Shown here piece by piece: positions 15,396-25,041 of a DNA stretch of 52,941 nucleotides; within the stretch, counting starts at the first letter, position 1; each line of letters begins with the position of its first letter. Below the pieces are notes generated by a model. That model was not told the DNA's origin and searched no databases. It saw only the letters and a list, made by a program, of their open reading frames with translations. The stretch comes from Chthoniobacteraceae bacterium (GTDB lineage Bacteria; Verrucomicrobiota; Verrucomicrobiia; Chthoniobacterales; Chthoniobacteraceae): the NCBI GenBank assembly GCA_031409655.1, contig JANNXQ010000179.1, forward strand, positions 1 to 52,941. The letters are read 5' to 3'. The position numbers and the translations under genes were made by a program.

Positions 15396-18167
15396 TTAGG
15401 GCTCATTGTCCGTGTTCCGCACGTTGACGTCCGGCGGATTCAGCGGCGGATCTCCGACACCCGCACCGCCATAGAGCGTGTCCGTGCTGGTCACTGAATT
15501 GAGCCGGATGGTGTAGGATAGGTTCCCGTCTTTGGTGGTGTCATCCACGCCGGTGACCGTCACGGTTTGCGGGATGTTCCAGTTCAGAGAGGTAAAGACG
15601 AGTTGCGCTGGGGATACCGTACCTTCGGTCGTGTCGCTGCTTTGCAGCGGGATGGTCACGTCCGCGGTGGGTGCAGTATCGAGGACGACGTTAAAGGTCG
15701 CGGTGCCACCGGCTTCGGTCGTCACGAGACCGCTGCTCGGGGTCGAGACGATCGCCGGATCGATGGGACCGAGGGCGAAACTTTTCTCAATCGCCTGGGC
15801 ATTGGTGAGCGCATCTCCGTAGGCCACTTCAGTAATGAGAAACTTCCGTCCGCCACTAACGCCCTTCGGAAGGGCGACAGTGAGACCGACCGTGCCGGTG
15901 CTGGCACCCGCGGCGAATCCATTGAGGAAGAGCTGCGGCACGAAGGTCGCCAAGCCATTGAGCCGGACGGTCAGTTTTCTGTCCTGGGCCGTCTGGAGGA
16001 CGTTGTCATCCGAAAGCCAGAAGCGAAAAGTGGACCCACCGAGGGCTCGGCTTCCTGAGTTCAGAATGACGAAGTTCCCGGCGAGTTGAACCTGCTGCGT
16101 CGCCCCCGGCGCTCCCGAAAAAGTCTTCGTGATCGTCGGCCCAGTCACCGGCAACCAGGCAATCGTGACCCGCGGCTGGGGAAACGGCGGGAGATGTGGC
16201 GGCGAGGTGAAGCGGACACTTGCCAAGGAAAACGTAACCGCGTCGTTCACGTCCGTCGCCTCGGCTTTCCGATGCACGCGCACGCGGATCGAATAACGCT
16301 CGGAGTCTTTGTAAGTATGCGTACCCCGAATGGTAAAAGCACCACCGCCAATACGTAACGGCGTAACCCTGGACAAGCTACCGTCGCCCCAATCCAGCGT
16401 CGCAAGGTAGTCAGCCGGATTCCCGGTGGAAGCCGTGTCCGTAAAAGTGGCTACGACCTGATTGACCAGCTTCGACCCAACCACGTCCAGGTCACGACCC
16501 TCCGCTTGCAGCGCCGCGGTGGTGATCAAAGCCTGGCTTCGAACCGCAAGCCGCGCGCCTTTGTTTCCCGACACCTCGATAACCACCGGATACAAGCCAG
16601 CCTTCGGATAAGTGTGCGTCCCGCTGAGGGTCATGACACCGATCGCCGCCGAGGAAGTGTCGCGCGCCACCGTGGCGACCTCGAGCGGGGTGCCATCGCC
16701 CCAATTGATCGAGGCCGTGGAATCCGCCGGAAGCGCCGCCGGATCGACATCCCGAAACTTTCCGACCACGCCGGAAAAAGCCACGCCCGGAGCACCGTGG
16801 ATCGTGATCGCTTCAGCATCGATGATCCGATCTCCGACGCCGATGGCCGCAAAGGTCGAATCGAGGCCCGCCGCTGAAAATTTCTGCGCCCCCATGTTAT
16901 AGACAAAGGCATCGAGGCCGACCCGCAGCGGACCTTCGTAGCCGATCTTTGGCCGCACGCCGACGGTGCGTCCGCCAGTAACGATCAGCGACGCGTTCGT
17001 TGCGCCATTGAGCAGCAGCTTGTGCTGCGGATCGACAAAATCGAACTCGAGGTCGGTGACGTTGATCGGAAAGATGGAGTCGCGATCCTTCGCGGTAATC
17101 TGCGACGGGACTGGACTGAAAATCGTTGGCGTGTTCGTCGTGTCCTTCACGCAGGTGGCGGTGAAAATCTTCGTCGCTTTTCCTCCGCGACCATCGTCCA
17201 CGGTGACGGTGATCACCGCAGTCCCGACGGCCGTCGCACTGAGCACCAGCACCGCATCCGTCTGCCCAGGCCCGCTGGTCGGCTGCACTGCTCCACCGAC
17301 GAGGGTCACCGGGATGATGGGCTTGGAAGGCACTGGCTCATTCGGATCGTTGGCGACGCGAAACTCGCGCCCCGTAGCCTTCAGCTTCGGCAAAAGATCC
17401 CAGCCCCGGACCAACTGCGCGAAGACCGTGTGATTGAAATCCAGAAACCGAGGTTGGGCATCCGTGATGAAAAACTGCGAACCATTGGAGTCGCTGTAGT
17501 CAGGACTCACGACGTTCCCGCCCACCAAGCGCGGACTGGTAAAGGTTCCTGAATTGGCCATTGCAAGCTGCCCCCGTCCGGAAAAAAGCAGAGCGGGCTG
17601 CAGCTCATTCTGAAACTTCCACGCCGTGTCCGGGTCGTTGCCGGTCATCCCCGGCCCGCCACGTCCCGCGTTCGCGGTCGGGCCAAGAGGATCGCCACCT
17701 TGGAAAATGAAACTCGGCGATCCCACCCCTCCGGCAAGGTCCGTCATCCGATGAAAAACGGTGCCGTCATAGTAACCCGATTGCGCAAATCCTCCGATGA
17801 ACCGCGCGGTGACCGGCGTCCAGTCCTGGAGGAGCATGAAAATCAGGTCACCGGAGTAGGCGGGATCACCCACCGCTCCTGCCGCGTGATCCACAGAGAA
17901 CTTTAAAAAGGGATTACCGGTTTTGACCCTCGCGAAGATGCGCGGATTCGAGCTTTTGACGGTGTAAATGAGCGGATCGCCGTCGGCATCGGACGCCGTC
18001 AGAGGCATGAGCAAAACCTTGCCCCCCGGGATCGTCGGAGCGACTCGATCGACCTGCACCGGGTCGTCGAGCACGGGATCGGCGGCAATCGCCGTCGAGA
18101 TGATCAAGCAGGCGAAAGTCTGGGCGGCAGCGAGGAGCGGGAGTTTCAGACGAGACAGGGCATCCAT
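15396..18167 (-). CDS. Secreted cyclophilin PPIase fused to PKD-like and Calx-beta-like domains
   Basis: Hydrophobic signal peptide. VFHRM, IFQGGDP, LAMANSG, NGSQFFIT, LDFNHTVF. Two WGDG...HTY repeats. C-terminal TTEAGGTATFNVVL...NWNIPQTVTVTGVDD. Confidence 0.8.
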   Translation of the reverse strand: MDALSRLKLPLLAAAQTFACLIISTAIAADPVLDDPVQVDRVAPTIPGGKVLLMPLTASDADGDPLIYTVKSSNPRIFARVKTGNPFLKFSVDHAAGAVGDPAYSGDLIFMLLQDWTPVTARFIGGFAQSGYYDGTVFHRMTDLAGGVGSPSFIFQGGDPLGPTANAGRGGPGMTGNDPDTAWKFQNELQPALLFSGRGQLAMANSGTFTSPRLVGGNVVSPDYSDSNGSQFFITDAQPRFLDFNHTVFAQLVRGWDLLPKLKATGREFRVANDPNEPVPSKPIIPVTLVGGAVQPTSGPGQTDAVLVLSATAVGTAVITVTVDDGRGGKATKIFTATCVKDTTNTPTIFSPVPSQITAKDRDSIFPINVTDLEFDFVDPQHKLLLNGATNASLIVTGGRTVGVRPKIGYEGPLRVGLDAFVYNMGAQKFSAAGLDSTFAAIGVGDRIIDAEAITIHGAPGVAFSGVVGKFRDVDPAALPADSTASINWGDGTPLEVATVARDTSSAAIGVMTLSGTHTYPKAGLYPVVIEVSGNKGARLAVRSQALITTAALQAEGRDLDVVGSKLVNQVVATFTDTASTGNPADYLATLDWGDGSLSRVTPLRIGGGAFTIRGTHTYKDSERYSIRVRVHRKAEATDVNDAVTFSLASVRFTSPPHLPPFPQPRVTIAWLPVTGPTITKTFSGAPGATQQVQLAGNFVILNSGSRALGGSTFRFWLSDDNVLQTAQDRKLTVRLNGLATFVPQLFLNGFAAGASTGTVGLTVALPKGVSGGRKFLITEVAYGDALTNAQAIEKSFALGPIDPAIVSTPSSGLVTTEAGGTATFNVVLDTAPTADVTIPLQSSDTTEGTVSPAQLVFTSLNWNIPQTVTVTGVDDTTKDGNLSYTIRLNSVTSTDTLYGGAGVGDPPLNPPDVNVRNTDNEP

Positions 18168-18305
18168 ATAGAATCGGGGCGAGAAAACTATGGTGAATAT
18201 GATCCAAGCGGTGGGCGGCGCAAGGTGTAGATGTATTTTTTATCAGCGTGCGTTATTGCCTCTGTCCGAGCAGGTCGCGCTTTTTGCGGCAACCGGCTCA
18301 GCGGA

Positions 18306-21300
18306 TCACGCCCGCAGCTTCACGAGCAGGTCCCCCGCTTCCACGGAATCCCCGGCGGTCGCGTGGACTTCCGCGATGACCCCATCGGCCGGCGCGTAAA
18401 TCGTGGTCTGCATCTTCATCGCCTCGAGCACCGCAAGTTTATCGCCCTTCGCGACCTTGCCGCCGACGGTGGCGCTGAGGGCGGTGACCATCCCGGGGAT
18501 GGGCGCACCGACTTGCAGCGGATCGTTCGCGGCGGCTTTGGCCCGGGCTTTCACGGTCTTGGTCTGGCTTTTGTCGAGGACCACGGCTTCGCGCGGGTAG
18601 CCGTTGAGTTCGTAGGTCACGACGCGGCGCCCGTCCTTGTCCGGCGTGCCGATGTTGATCAGCTTGATGAAGAGCACCTTGCCTTCGTCGATCGCGACGT
18701 GGACTTCCTCGCCCGGCCGCAGCCCGTAGAAAAACGCGGGCGTGGGCAGGCAACTCACGTCGCTGAAGTCGCGCAGGAACTTCGCGTAGTCCGCAAAGAC
18801 CGCCGGATACATGAGGTGCGAATAGAGGTCGTCGTCGGTCGCGGTGTGCTTGAGCTTGCCGGTGAGTTCGGTCTTCACTTCGGCCAGTTTCACGGGCTCG
18901 ATCTTCGCCCGCTTCGGTTGCTTCGCGTGGCCGAGCACGGCTTTCAGCACGGCGGGTGGCCAGCCACCCATCGGCTCGCCGAGGCCGCCGCTGAGCATGT
19001 CGATCACGCTCTCGGGATAGCCGGTCGAGCCGGGTTCGAGATTCACCACGTCGGCGGGTTTGATGCCGCGGGTGAAAAGGAAGAGCGCCATGTCGCCCAC
19101 GACCTTGCTCGAAGGCGTGACCTTCACGATGTCGCCGAAGAGCAGATTCACCTCGGCGTAAGTGCGGGCGATCTCCGGCCAGCGATGGCCAAGGCCCATC
19201 GAGGCGGCCTGCTCCTTGAGGTTCGTGTATTGCCCGCCGGGCATCTCGTGCAGATAGACCTCGGCGCTGCCGGCTTTCGGCGCGGTGTCGAAGGGCGTGT
19301 AGAAGGTGCGGACCTGCTCCCAGTAGTCGCTGAATTCGTTGAGCGTATCCAGATCAAGGCCGGTCTCGCGGGGCGTGTGCTGGAGCGCGGCGACGACGGA
19401 GTTGAGATTCGGCTGCGAGGTGGAGCCGCTCATCGAAGCGATGGCCAAATCCACGACATCGACGCCGGCATCGCTGGCGCGCAAGACCGACGCCGCATTG
19501 ATGCCACTCGTGTCGTGCGTGTGGAAATGCACCGGGATGCCGATCTCCTCCTTCAGCGCCTTGACCAGCGCGCTCGCGGCATACGGACGGCAGAGGCCGG
19601 CCATGTCTTTGATCGCGAGGAAGTGCGCGCCCATCTTCTCCAGCTCCTTGGCCAGCGCGACGTAGTACTTCAGCGAATACTTCGAGCGTGCCGGATCGAG
19701 GATGTCGCCAGTGTAGCAGAGCGCGCCTTCACAGATGCCGTGGGTCTCCTGCACCGCCTCCATCGCGGCCTTCATGTTCTTGAGATCGTTCAGCGAATCG
19801 AACACGCGGAAGATATCCATGCCCGCCTCCGCCGCGTGCTTCACGAAACCGGCGACGACATTCGCCGGATAACTCGTGTAACCCACCGCATTCGCGCCGC
19901 GCAGGAGCATCTGGAAACAAATGTTCGGCACCTTCTCGCGCAAGAGCCGGAGCCGATTCCACGGGTCTTCATTGAGGAAGCGCATCGCCGTGTCAAAGGT
20001 CGCGCCACCCCACATCTCCAGCGAGAAAAGCTCCGGCGTGCGCCGCGCCACCGCCGGGGCGATGGCCGCCATGTCGTAAGTCCGCACGCGCGTCGCCATC
20101 AGCGATTGATGGGCGTCGCGGAAAGTCGTGTCGGTGACGAGCAGGCGCTTCTGCTTGAGCGTCCACTCGGCGAATTTCTTCGGCCCAAGCTCGAGGAGCA
20201 TCTGGCGCGTGCCGCGTGGCGGCACTTGTTTTCCATCGGACTTCGGCAGTCGCGCGGCCTCCAGCGGGGCCGACGGTTTGTGGCCCTTCGCGTGGGGATT
20301 GCCATTCACGATGACGTTGCCGAGGAAGTTCAGGAGCTTCGTCGCGCGATCCTTCTTCGCCCGGAAATGGAACAGCTCCGGCGACGTGTCGATCATCGTC
20401 GTCGTCGCCTGCCCGCCGCGGAAGACCTGGTGATGCAGCACGTTTTCGAGGAAGGGAATATTCGTCTTCACGCCGCGGATGCGGGTCTCGCGGAGCGCGC
20501 GGTCCATGCGGTCGATCGCGGTCTCGAAGGTCGGCGCGCTCGCGGTGATTTTCACGAGCAGCGAATCGTAGAAGGGCGTGACCACCGCGCCCGGATCGCC
20601 GAGGCCCGCGTCGAGCCGGATGCCAAAGCCACCCGCGCTGCGATAGGTGATGATCTTCCCGTAATTGGGCGTGAACTTATTCTCCGGGTCTTCGGTGGTG
20701 ACGCGGCACTGGATGGCGAAGCCATTGCGCGGCACGTCGGCCTGCGCGGGCAGCCCGATCTCATCGAGCTTCTTGCCCTGCGCGATGAGGATCTGCGAGC
20801 GCACCAAATCGATGCCGGTGATCTGCTCCGTGACCGTGTGCTCGACCTGAATGCGCGGATTCATCTCGATGAAGAACCACTCGTGCCGATCGAGATCGTA
20901 GAGGAACTCGACGGTGCCCGCATTGTCGTAGCCGATCTCGCGAGCGATCCGCGCCGAGGCGTCGCAAAGCTCGTGGCGCACCTTGTCCTTCAAGCCCACG
21001 GAAGGCGCGATTTCGACCACCTTCTGATGCCGGCGCTGCACCGAGCAATCGCGCTCGTGGAGGTGCATGGAGTTGCCGTGTTTGTCGCCGAGCACCTGCA
21101 CTTCGATGTGTTTCGCGCGCGGGATGTATTTTTCAAGAAAGACCGCCGAGTTTCCAAACGCGCGCTCCGCTTCACCCTGCGCTTCATCGAGCAACGAATC
21201 CAGATCGCCGGCCTTGTGGACGACACGCATCCCGCGCCCTCCGCCACCGAATGCTGCCTTGATGATCAGCGGAAATCCAATCTGCGCCGCGACCTTCAGC

Positions 21301-21755
21301 GCCTCACCGCGATCGCTCACCGGCTCCTCCGTCCCCGGCAGCGTGGGAATCTTCAGCCGCTGCGTCAGCGCGCGCGCCGCGACCTTGTCGCCCATGAGCT
21401 CGAGCAGTTCCGCCTTCGGCCCGACGAATTCGATCCCCGCCTCCCGACAAGCCCGCGCAAAGTGCGCATTCTCCGAGAGAAATCCGTAGCCCGGATGAAT
21501 GAGATCGACGCCCTTCTCCTTCGCCAGCGCGACGATCCCCGCGATGTCGAGATACGCACCGACCGGCCCCTTCCCCTCGCCCACCACGTAGGCTTCGTCC
21601 GCCTTGAAGCGGTGCATCGAAAACCGATCCTCCTGCGCATAGATGGCCACGGTTTTCAGCCCCAGTTCCGTGGCCGCGCGCATGATGCGGATGGCGATCT
21701 CTGAGCGGTTGGCGATGAGCAGTTTTTTCGGGGAAGCGGGAGCGCGGGAAGGCAT
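18306..21755 (-). CDS. pyc: Pyruvate carboxylase
   Basis: LLIANRSEIAIR, HPGYGFLSEN, carboxyltransferase RDAHQSL and WGGATFD, biotin site EAMKM. 1149 aa. Confidence 0.98.
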   Translation of the reverse strand: MPSRAPASPKKLLIANRSEIAIRIMRAATELGLKTVAIYAQEDRFSMHRFKADEAYVVGEGKGPVGAYLDIAGIVALAKEKGVDLIHPGYGFLSENAHFARACREAGIEFVGPKAELLELMGDKVAARALTQRLKIPTLPGTEEPVSDRGEALKVAAQIGFPLIIKAAFGGGGRGMRVVHKAGDLDSLLDEAQGEAERAFGNSAVFLEKYIPRAKHIEVQVLGDKHGNSMHLHERDCSVQRRHQKVVEIAPSVGLKDKVRHELCDASARIAREIGYDNAGTVEFLYDLDRHEWFFIEMNPRIQVEHTVTEQITGIDLVRSQILIAQGKKLDEIGLPAQADVPRNGFAIQCRVTTEDPENKFTPNYGKIITYRSAGGFGIRLDAGLGDPGAVVTPFYDSLLVKITASAPTFETAIDRMDRALRETRIRGVKTNIPFLENVLHHQVFRGGQATTTMIDTSPELFHFRAKKDRATKLLNFLGNVIVNGNPHAKGHKPSAPLEAARLPKSDGKQVPPRGTRQMLLELGPKKFAEWTLKQKRLLVTDTTFRDAHQSLMATRVRTYDMAAIAPAVARRTPELFSLEMWGGATFDTAMRFLNEDPWNRLRLLREKVPNICFQMLLRGANAVGYTSYPANVVAGFVKHAAEAGMDIFRVFDSLNDLKNMKAAMEAVQETHGICEGALCYTGDILDPARSKYSLKYYVALAKELEKMGAHFLAIKDMAGLCRPYAASALVKALKEEIGIPVHFHTHDTSGINAASVLRASDAGVDVVDLAIASMSGSTSQPNLNSVVAALQHTPRETGLDLDTLNEFSDYWEQVRTFYTPFDTAPKAGSAEVYLHEMPGGQYTNLKEQAASMGLGHRWPEIARTYAEVNLLFGDIVKVTPSSKVVGDMALFLFTRGIKPADVVNLEPGSTGYPESVIDMLSGGLGEPMGGWPPAVLKAVLGHAKQPKRAKIEPVKLAEVKTELTGKLKHTATDDDLYSHLMYPAVFADYAKFLRDFSDVSCLPTPAFFYGLRPGEEVHVAIDEGKVLFIKLINIGTPDKDGRRVVTYELNGYPREAVVLDKSQTKTVKARAKAAANDPLQVGAPIPGMVTALSATVGGKVAKGDKLAVLEAMKMQTTIYAPADGVIAEVHATAGDSVEAGDLLVKLRA

Positions 21756-21869
21756 ACAGTGACGGCTTTTCTAAACGACCGTTCTGCGACGGGCTAGCGC
21801 AGACTTGGGGCCTATCGCTTGCGCAACTTTACCGCTGCCCCCAAGTTGCAGCATCATCCACCGCCACCC

Positions 21870-23150
21870 ATGAATTCCTCCCCTTCCTCCCAGCGTTTTC
21901 TCCTCATCGGTGCCTGGATCGGCACTGCCGTTCTCGCCTACTCGCTCGGGAATCTCGGCACGCCGTCCGCGCCGCCAGTGCAAAGTGACGAGGCGGGCGC
22001 GCCGAGCAGCAGGCCCGTGGCGTCGTCGAATGGATACTCCGCCGCGGAGCCCGCCGCGGGAGAGCGGCCCTCGGACGGTGGACACGGCCTGACCGGCACA
22101 TCGCTCGAGTCGATCATCGGCACGCAACCGCTCGGGGATTATCTGAAACGCATCCTGACGCTCGACGACGACATCAAGCGCACGACGGCTTTCATGCAAG
22201 TGCTCGAGACTCTGAAGACGCCGGAGGAAATCCAGGCCGCGCTCGACGCGGTGGCGAAGTCCGGTCGCGGCTGGGGGCGCGGGGTGGCGAGTCGCGAGTT
22301 CTCGATGCTTTTGCAAAAGTGGACCACCATCGATCCAAAGGGCGCGGCGGAGTTTGCGGTAAAATCCACTGGCCGCGAAGAGCGCTACATGGCGACGAGT
22401 GCGGTGCTGAAAACGTGGATGCGCACGGATCTCGAAGGCGCACTCGGGTGGGCGCGGACGAACGGCGTGCCGCCCGCTGGCGATCCAAACACCGAGCAGC
22501 GCGGCGAAGGTGACGGCAACTACGCCGTGGCGATGATCACCGCGCAGATCGCCCGCACCGATGCGAATCGCGCACTGGCCCTCGCCAGTGAAGATGGCAA
22601 TAGCCGCGCGAACACGCGGCTCACCGACACGCTCGTCGAGGAGCTCTTCAAGCAGCAAGGCGAACCCTTCGCTCGCGATGCCATCCTGGCGATGCCGCAG
22701 AGCAAGCTGCGGGACTCGATGATCGGCGAGCACGCGGATCGCATGGCCAAGACCGACGGCCTGGGAGCCGCGCAGTTCGCGGTGTCGCTGCCGTCGGGAA
22801 ATGCCCGCAGCCGCGCCCTCTCCGAGGCCATCGCGGGCTGGGCCGATGACGATCCGGTGGCGGCCGGAAATTTCCTGAACACCCTCCCCCCATCCACCGA
22901 TTCCGACGGCGCCCGCGAGCGCTTCGCGCGCCAGGTCCTGACCAAGGATCCCGTGGGCGCGCTCTCCTGGGCCGGCACGATCTCGAATCCCCAGGACCGG
23001 CAGGAGACGACGGAAAAGCTCATCCAATCGTGGCTCAAGCGCGACGGTGAAACGGCGAAGACCTGGGTCCTGCAAAGTCCGCTGACGGAAGAAACCAAGC
23101 AGCGCCTGCTCGCCCCAGACTCGCGCAACGGCGGTCGCGGACAGAACTAA
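21870..23150 (+). CDS. Hypothetical membrane-anchored protein with helical W-x3-DP-x2-A repeats
   Basis: N-terminal hydrophobic segment, then KWTTIDPKGAA, WMRTDLEGALGW, WADDDPVAAG, KDPVGALSW, WLKRDGETAKTW. Confidence 0.7.
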   Translation: MNSSPSSQRFLLIGAWIGTAVLAYSLGNLGTPSAPPVQSDEAGAPSSRPVASSNGYSAAEPAAGERPSDGGHGLTGTSLESIIGTQPLGDYLKRILTLDDDIKRTTAFMQVLETLKTPEEIQAALDAVAKSGRGWGRGVASREFSMLLQKWTTIDPKGAAEFAVKSTGREERYMATSAVLKTWMRTDLEGALGWARTNGVPPAGDPNTEQRGEGDGNYAVAMITAQIARTDANRALALASEDGNSRANTRLTDTLVEELFKQQGEPFARDAILAMPQSKLRDSMIGEHADRMAKTDGLGAAQFAVSLPSGNARSRALSEAIAGWADDDPVAAGNFLNTLPPSTDSDGARERFARQVLTKDPVGALSWAGTISNPQDRQETTEKLIQSWLKRDGETAKTWVLQSPLTEETKQRLLAPDSRNGGRGQN

Positions 23151-23151
23151 T

Positions 23152-23273
23152 CTGGGAGCGCCGCCGTCCCGTGCGGCATCGTCCCACTCGCGCGCCGCGC
23201 CCTTTCCCGCAATGGCAAGAGTGGCGCTTCGCGCGTGCCGAAGGATGCCGCACGGGGACGGCGGCACTCCTGG
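23152..23273. repeat. REP-like inverted pair between convergent genes
   Basis: CTGGGAGCGCCGCCGTCCCGTGCGGCATC (23152-23180) vs GATGCCGCACGGGGACGGCGGCACTCCTGG (23244-23273). Confidence 0.7.
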
Positions 23274-23277
23274 GCGT

Positions 23278-24081
23278 TTACACCACCACGTGCCCGTCGA
23301 AAACGAAGTCCGCGGGACCCGTCAGCGTCACCTGGCGATAGTTTGCGCCAGCGCGCTCAAAGCCGACCTCGAGGCGATCGCCACCTTTCACCCACACCCC
23401 GATCGGCGACGCCGCGTCCTCGAGCTGATTGAGGATCAGTGCGGAAGCCACGACGCCCGTGCCGCAGGCCAGCGTCTCACCTTCCACCCCGCGCTCGTAG
23501 GTGCGGATGGCGAGATCCCCACCCTCCTGCCGACCGACGAAGTTTGCGTTCGTGCCCTTGGGCGCGAAATGCTCGTGAGAGCGGAGCGCGGCGCCCAGGC
23601 CAAGCACGTCAGTGCCCTTGAGATCATCCACCAAGACGACCGCGTGCGGCACGCCGGTGTTCACAAAATGCACGGTCAGCTTCTGTCCCTTCACATCGAG
23701 CTTGGCCCCGAGCGCGAGTCCCTGCGGCACACTCATTCCCAGCTCCACCATTCCGTGATGCAGCTTGGCCGAGATGATCCCCGCCAGCGTCTCAAATTTC
23801 ACCTCCCCCGTCTGCCCCGAGACCCGGCTCGCAAAACGCGCGAAACACCGCGCGCCATTGCCACACATCTCCGCTTCGCCGCCGTCGGCATTGTAGTAGC
23901 GCATCCGAAAATCCCCGTCCTGCTGCGGAGGCTCCACCGCGATGAGCCCATCGGCCCCGACACCCCGATGACGGTCGCAGATCCGGGCGATGGCTTCCCG
24001 GTCGAGGTCGTAACGAAGGTCGCGATTATCGACCATCACGAAGTCATTCCCGGCACCGTTCATCTTGGTAAATGTGAGCAT
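23278..24081 (-). CDS. dapF: Diaminopimelate epimerase
   Basis: FTKMNGAGNDF, AEMCGNGARC, TYERGVEGETLACGTG (both catalytic Cys). Confidence 0.97.
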   Translation of the reverse strand: MLTFTKMNGAGNDFVMVDNRDLRYDLDREAIARICDRHRGVGADGLIAVEPPQQDGDFRMRYYNADGGEAEMCGNGARCFARFASRVSGQTGEVKFETLAGIISAKLHHGMVELGMSVPQGLALGAKLDVKGQKLTVHFVNTGVPHAVVLVDDLKGTDVLGLGAALRSHEHFAPKGTNANFVGRQEGGDLAIRTYERGVEGETLACGTGVVASALILNQLEDAASPIGVWVKGGDRLEVGFERAGANYRQVTLTGPADFVFDGHVVV

Positions 24082-24198
24082 GTTGGCAGGAGGTTAAAGC
24101 ACACCCACGGGGCGGCGTCCATCGCAGCACGCGGGCGCGCGGTCGCAAGCCGCTGCTTGCCGCGCCCGCGCTTTGCCGGTATCCACGCGACCCCGAAT

Positions 24199-25041
24199 TT
24201 GAAAGTCGTCCGCTCCATTTCATCCGCAGCGCGCCTTTGCCGTCAGGCGCCAGGTCCGGTCGTGCTGGTGCCGACCATGGGGGCGCTCCACGCGGGGCAC
24301 ACCGCGCTCCTCGACCGCGCCCGCCAGCTCGCCGGGGCGCAGGGCACGGTGGTCGCGAGCATCTTTGTGAACCCGACGCAGTTTGCGCCAAAGGAGGATC
24401 TCGCGCGGTATCCGCGTCCCTTTGTCGCGGATCAAAAGCTCTGCGCGGCGCACGGCGCAGACGTGATTTTCCACCCCTCGGCGGAAGCGATGTATCCCGA
24501 GGGCTACTCGACTTTCGTGACTGAAACCTCGGTGAGCACGCCGCTCTGCGGAGCCTCACGGCCCGGACATTTCCGCGGCGTCGGTACCGTCGTTTTGAAA
24601 CTGTTCCAGATCGTCGCACCGCAGATTGCCGTCTTCGGTCTGAAGGATTTCCAGCAGTGCGCCGTCATCCGCCGCATGGTGCGCGATCTGAATCTCCCGG
24701 TACGCATCGTCCCGGTCCCGACCGTCCGCGAAGCCGACGGCCTCGCCCTGAGCTCACGCAATCGCTACCTCTCGCCCGAAGAACGCGCGCAGGCACCGAT
24801 CCTCCGGCGCGCTTTGCTCGCCACCCGGGCCGCCGTGCAGGCCGGCGAAAAGGACGCGGGCAAACTTCGTCGCAAGCTCGTCACGCAACTCGCCAGCGCG
24901 CCCCTCGCCCGGCTTGATTACGCGGAGATCGTCGATGCCGATTCGCTGCGCCCGGTCGTGAAAGTGGGGCGTAACACACTCGTTGCGCTCGCCGTTTTCT
25001 TCGGTCGCACGCGGCTCATCGATAACCTATGGCTGAAGTGA
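24199..25041 (+). CDS. panC: Pantoate--beta-alanine ligase
   Basis: TTG start inside the long ORF 23212..25041. VPTMGALHAGH, SIFVNPTQF, RPGHFRGV, READGLALSSRN, TRLIDN. Confidence 0.95.
   Translation: MKVVRSISSAARLCRQAPGPVVLVPTMGALHAGHTALLDRARQLAGAQGTVVASIFVNPTQFAPKEDLARYPRPFVADQKLCAAHGADVIFHPSAEAMYPEGYSTFVTETSVSTPLCGASRPGHFRGVGTVVLKLFQIVAPQIAVFGLKDFQQCAVIRRMVRDLNLPVRIVPVPTVREADGLALSSRNRYLSPEERAQAPILRRALLATRAAVQAGEKDAGKLRRKLVTQLASAPLARLDYAEIVDADSLRPVVKVGRNTLVALAVFFGRTRLIDNLWLK

Noticed and set aside
18231..21704. 1157-aa ORF on the + strand
   Set aside because: Antisense shadow of pyc caused by high-GC codon bias; no recognisable motifs.
23212..24198. Apparent 329-aa N-terminal extension of PanC
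   Set aside because: It is the antisense of dapF plus intergenic DNA; PanC similarity starts at TTG 24199.
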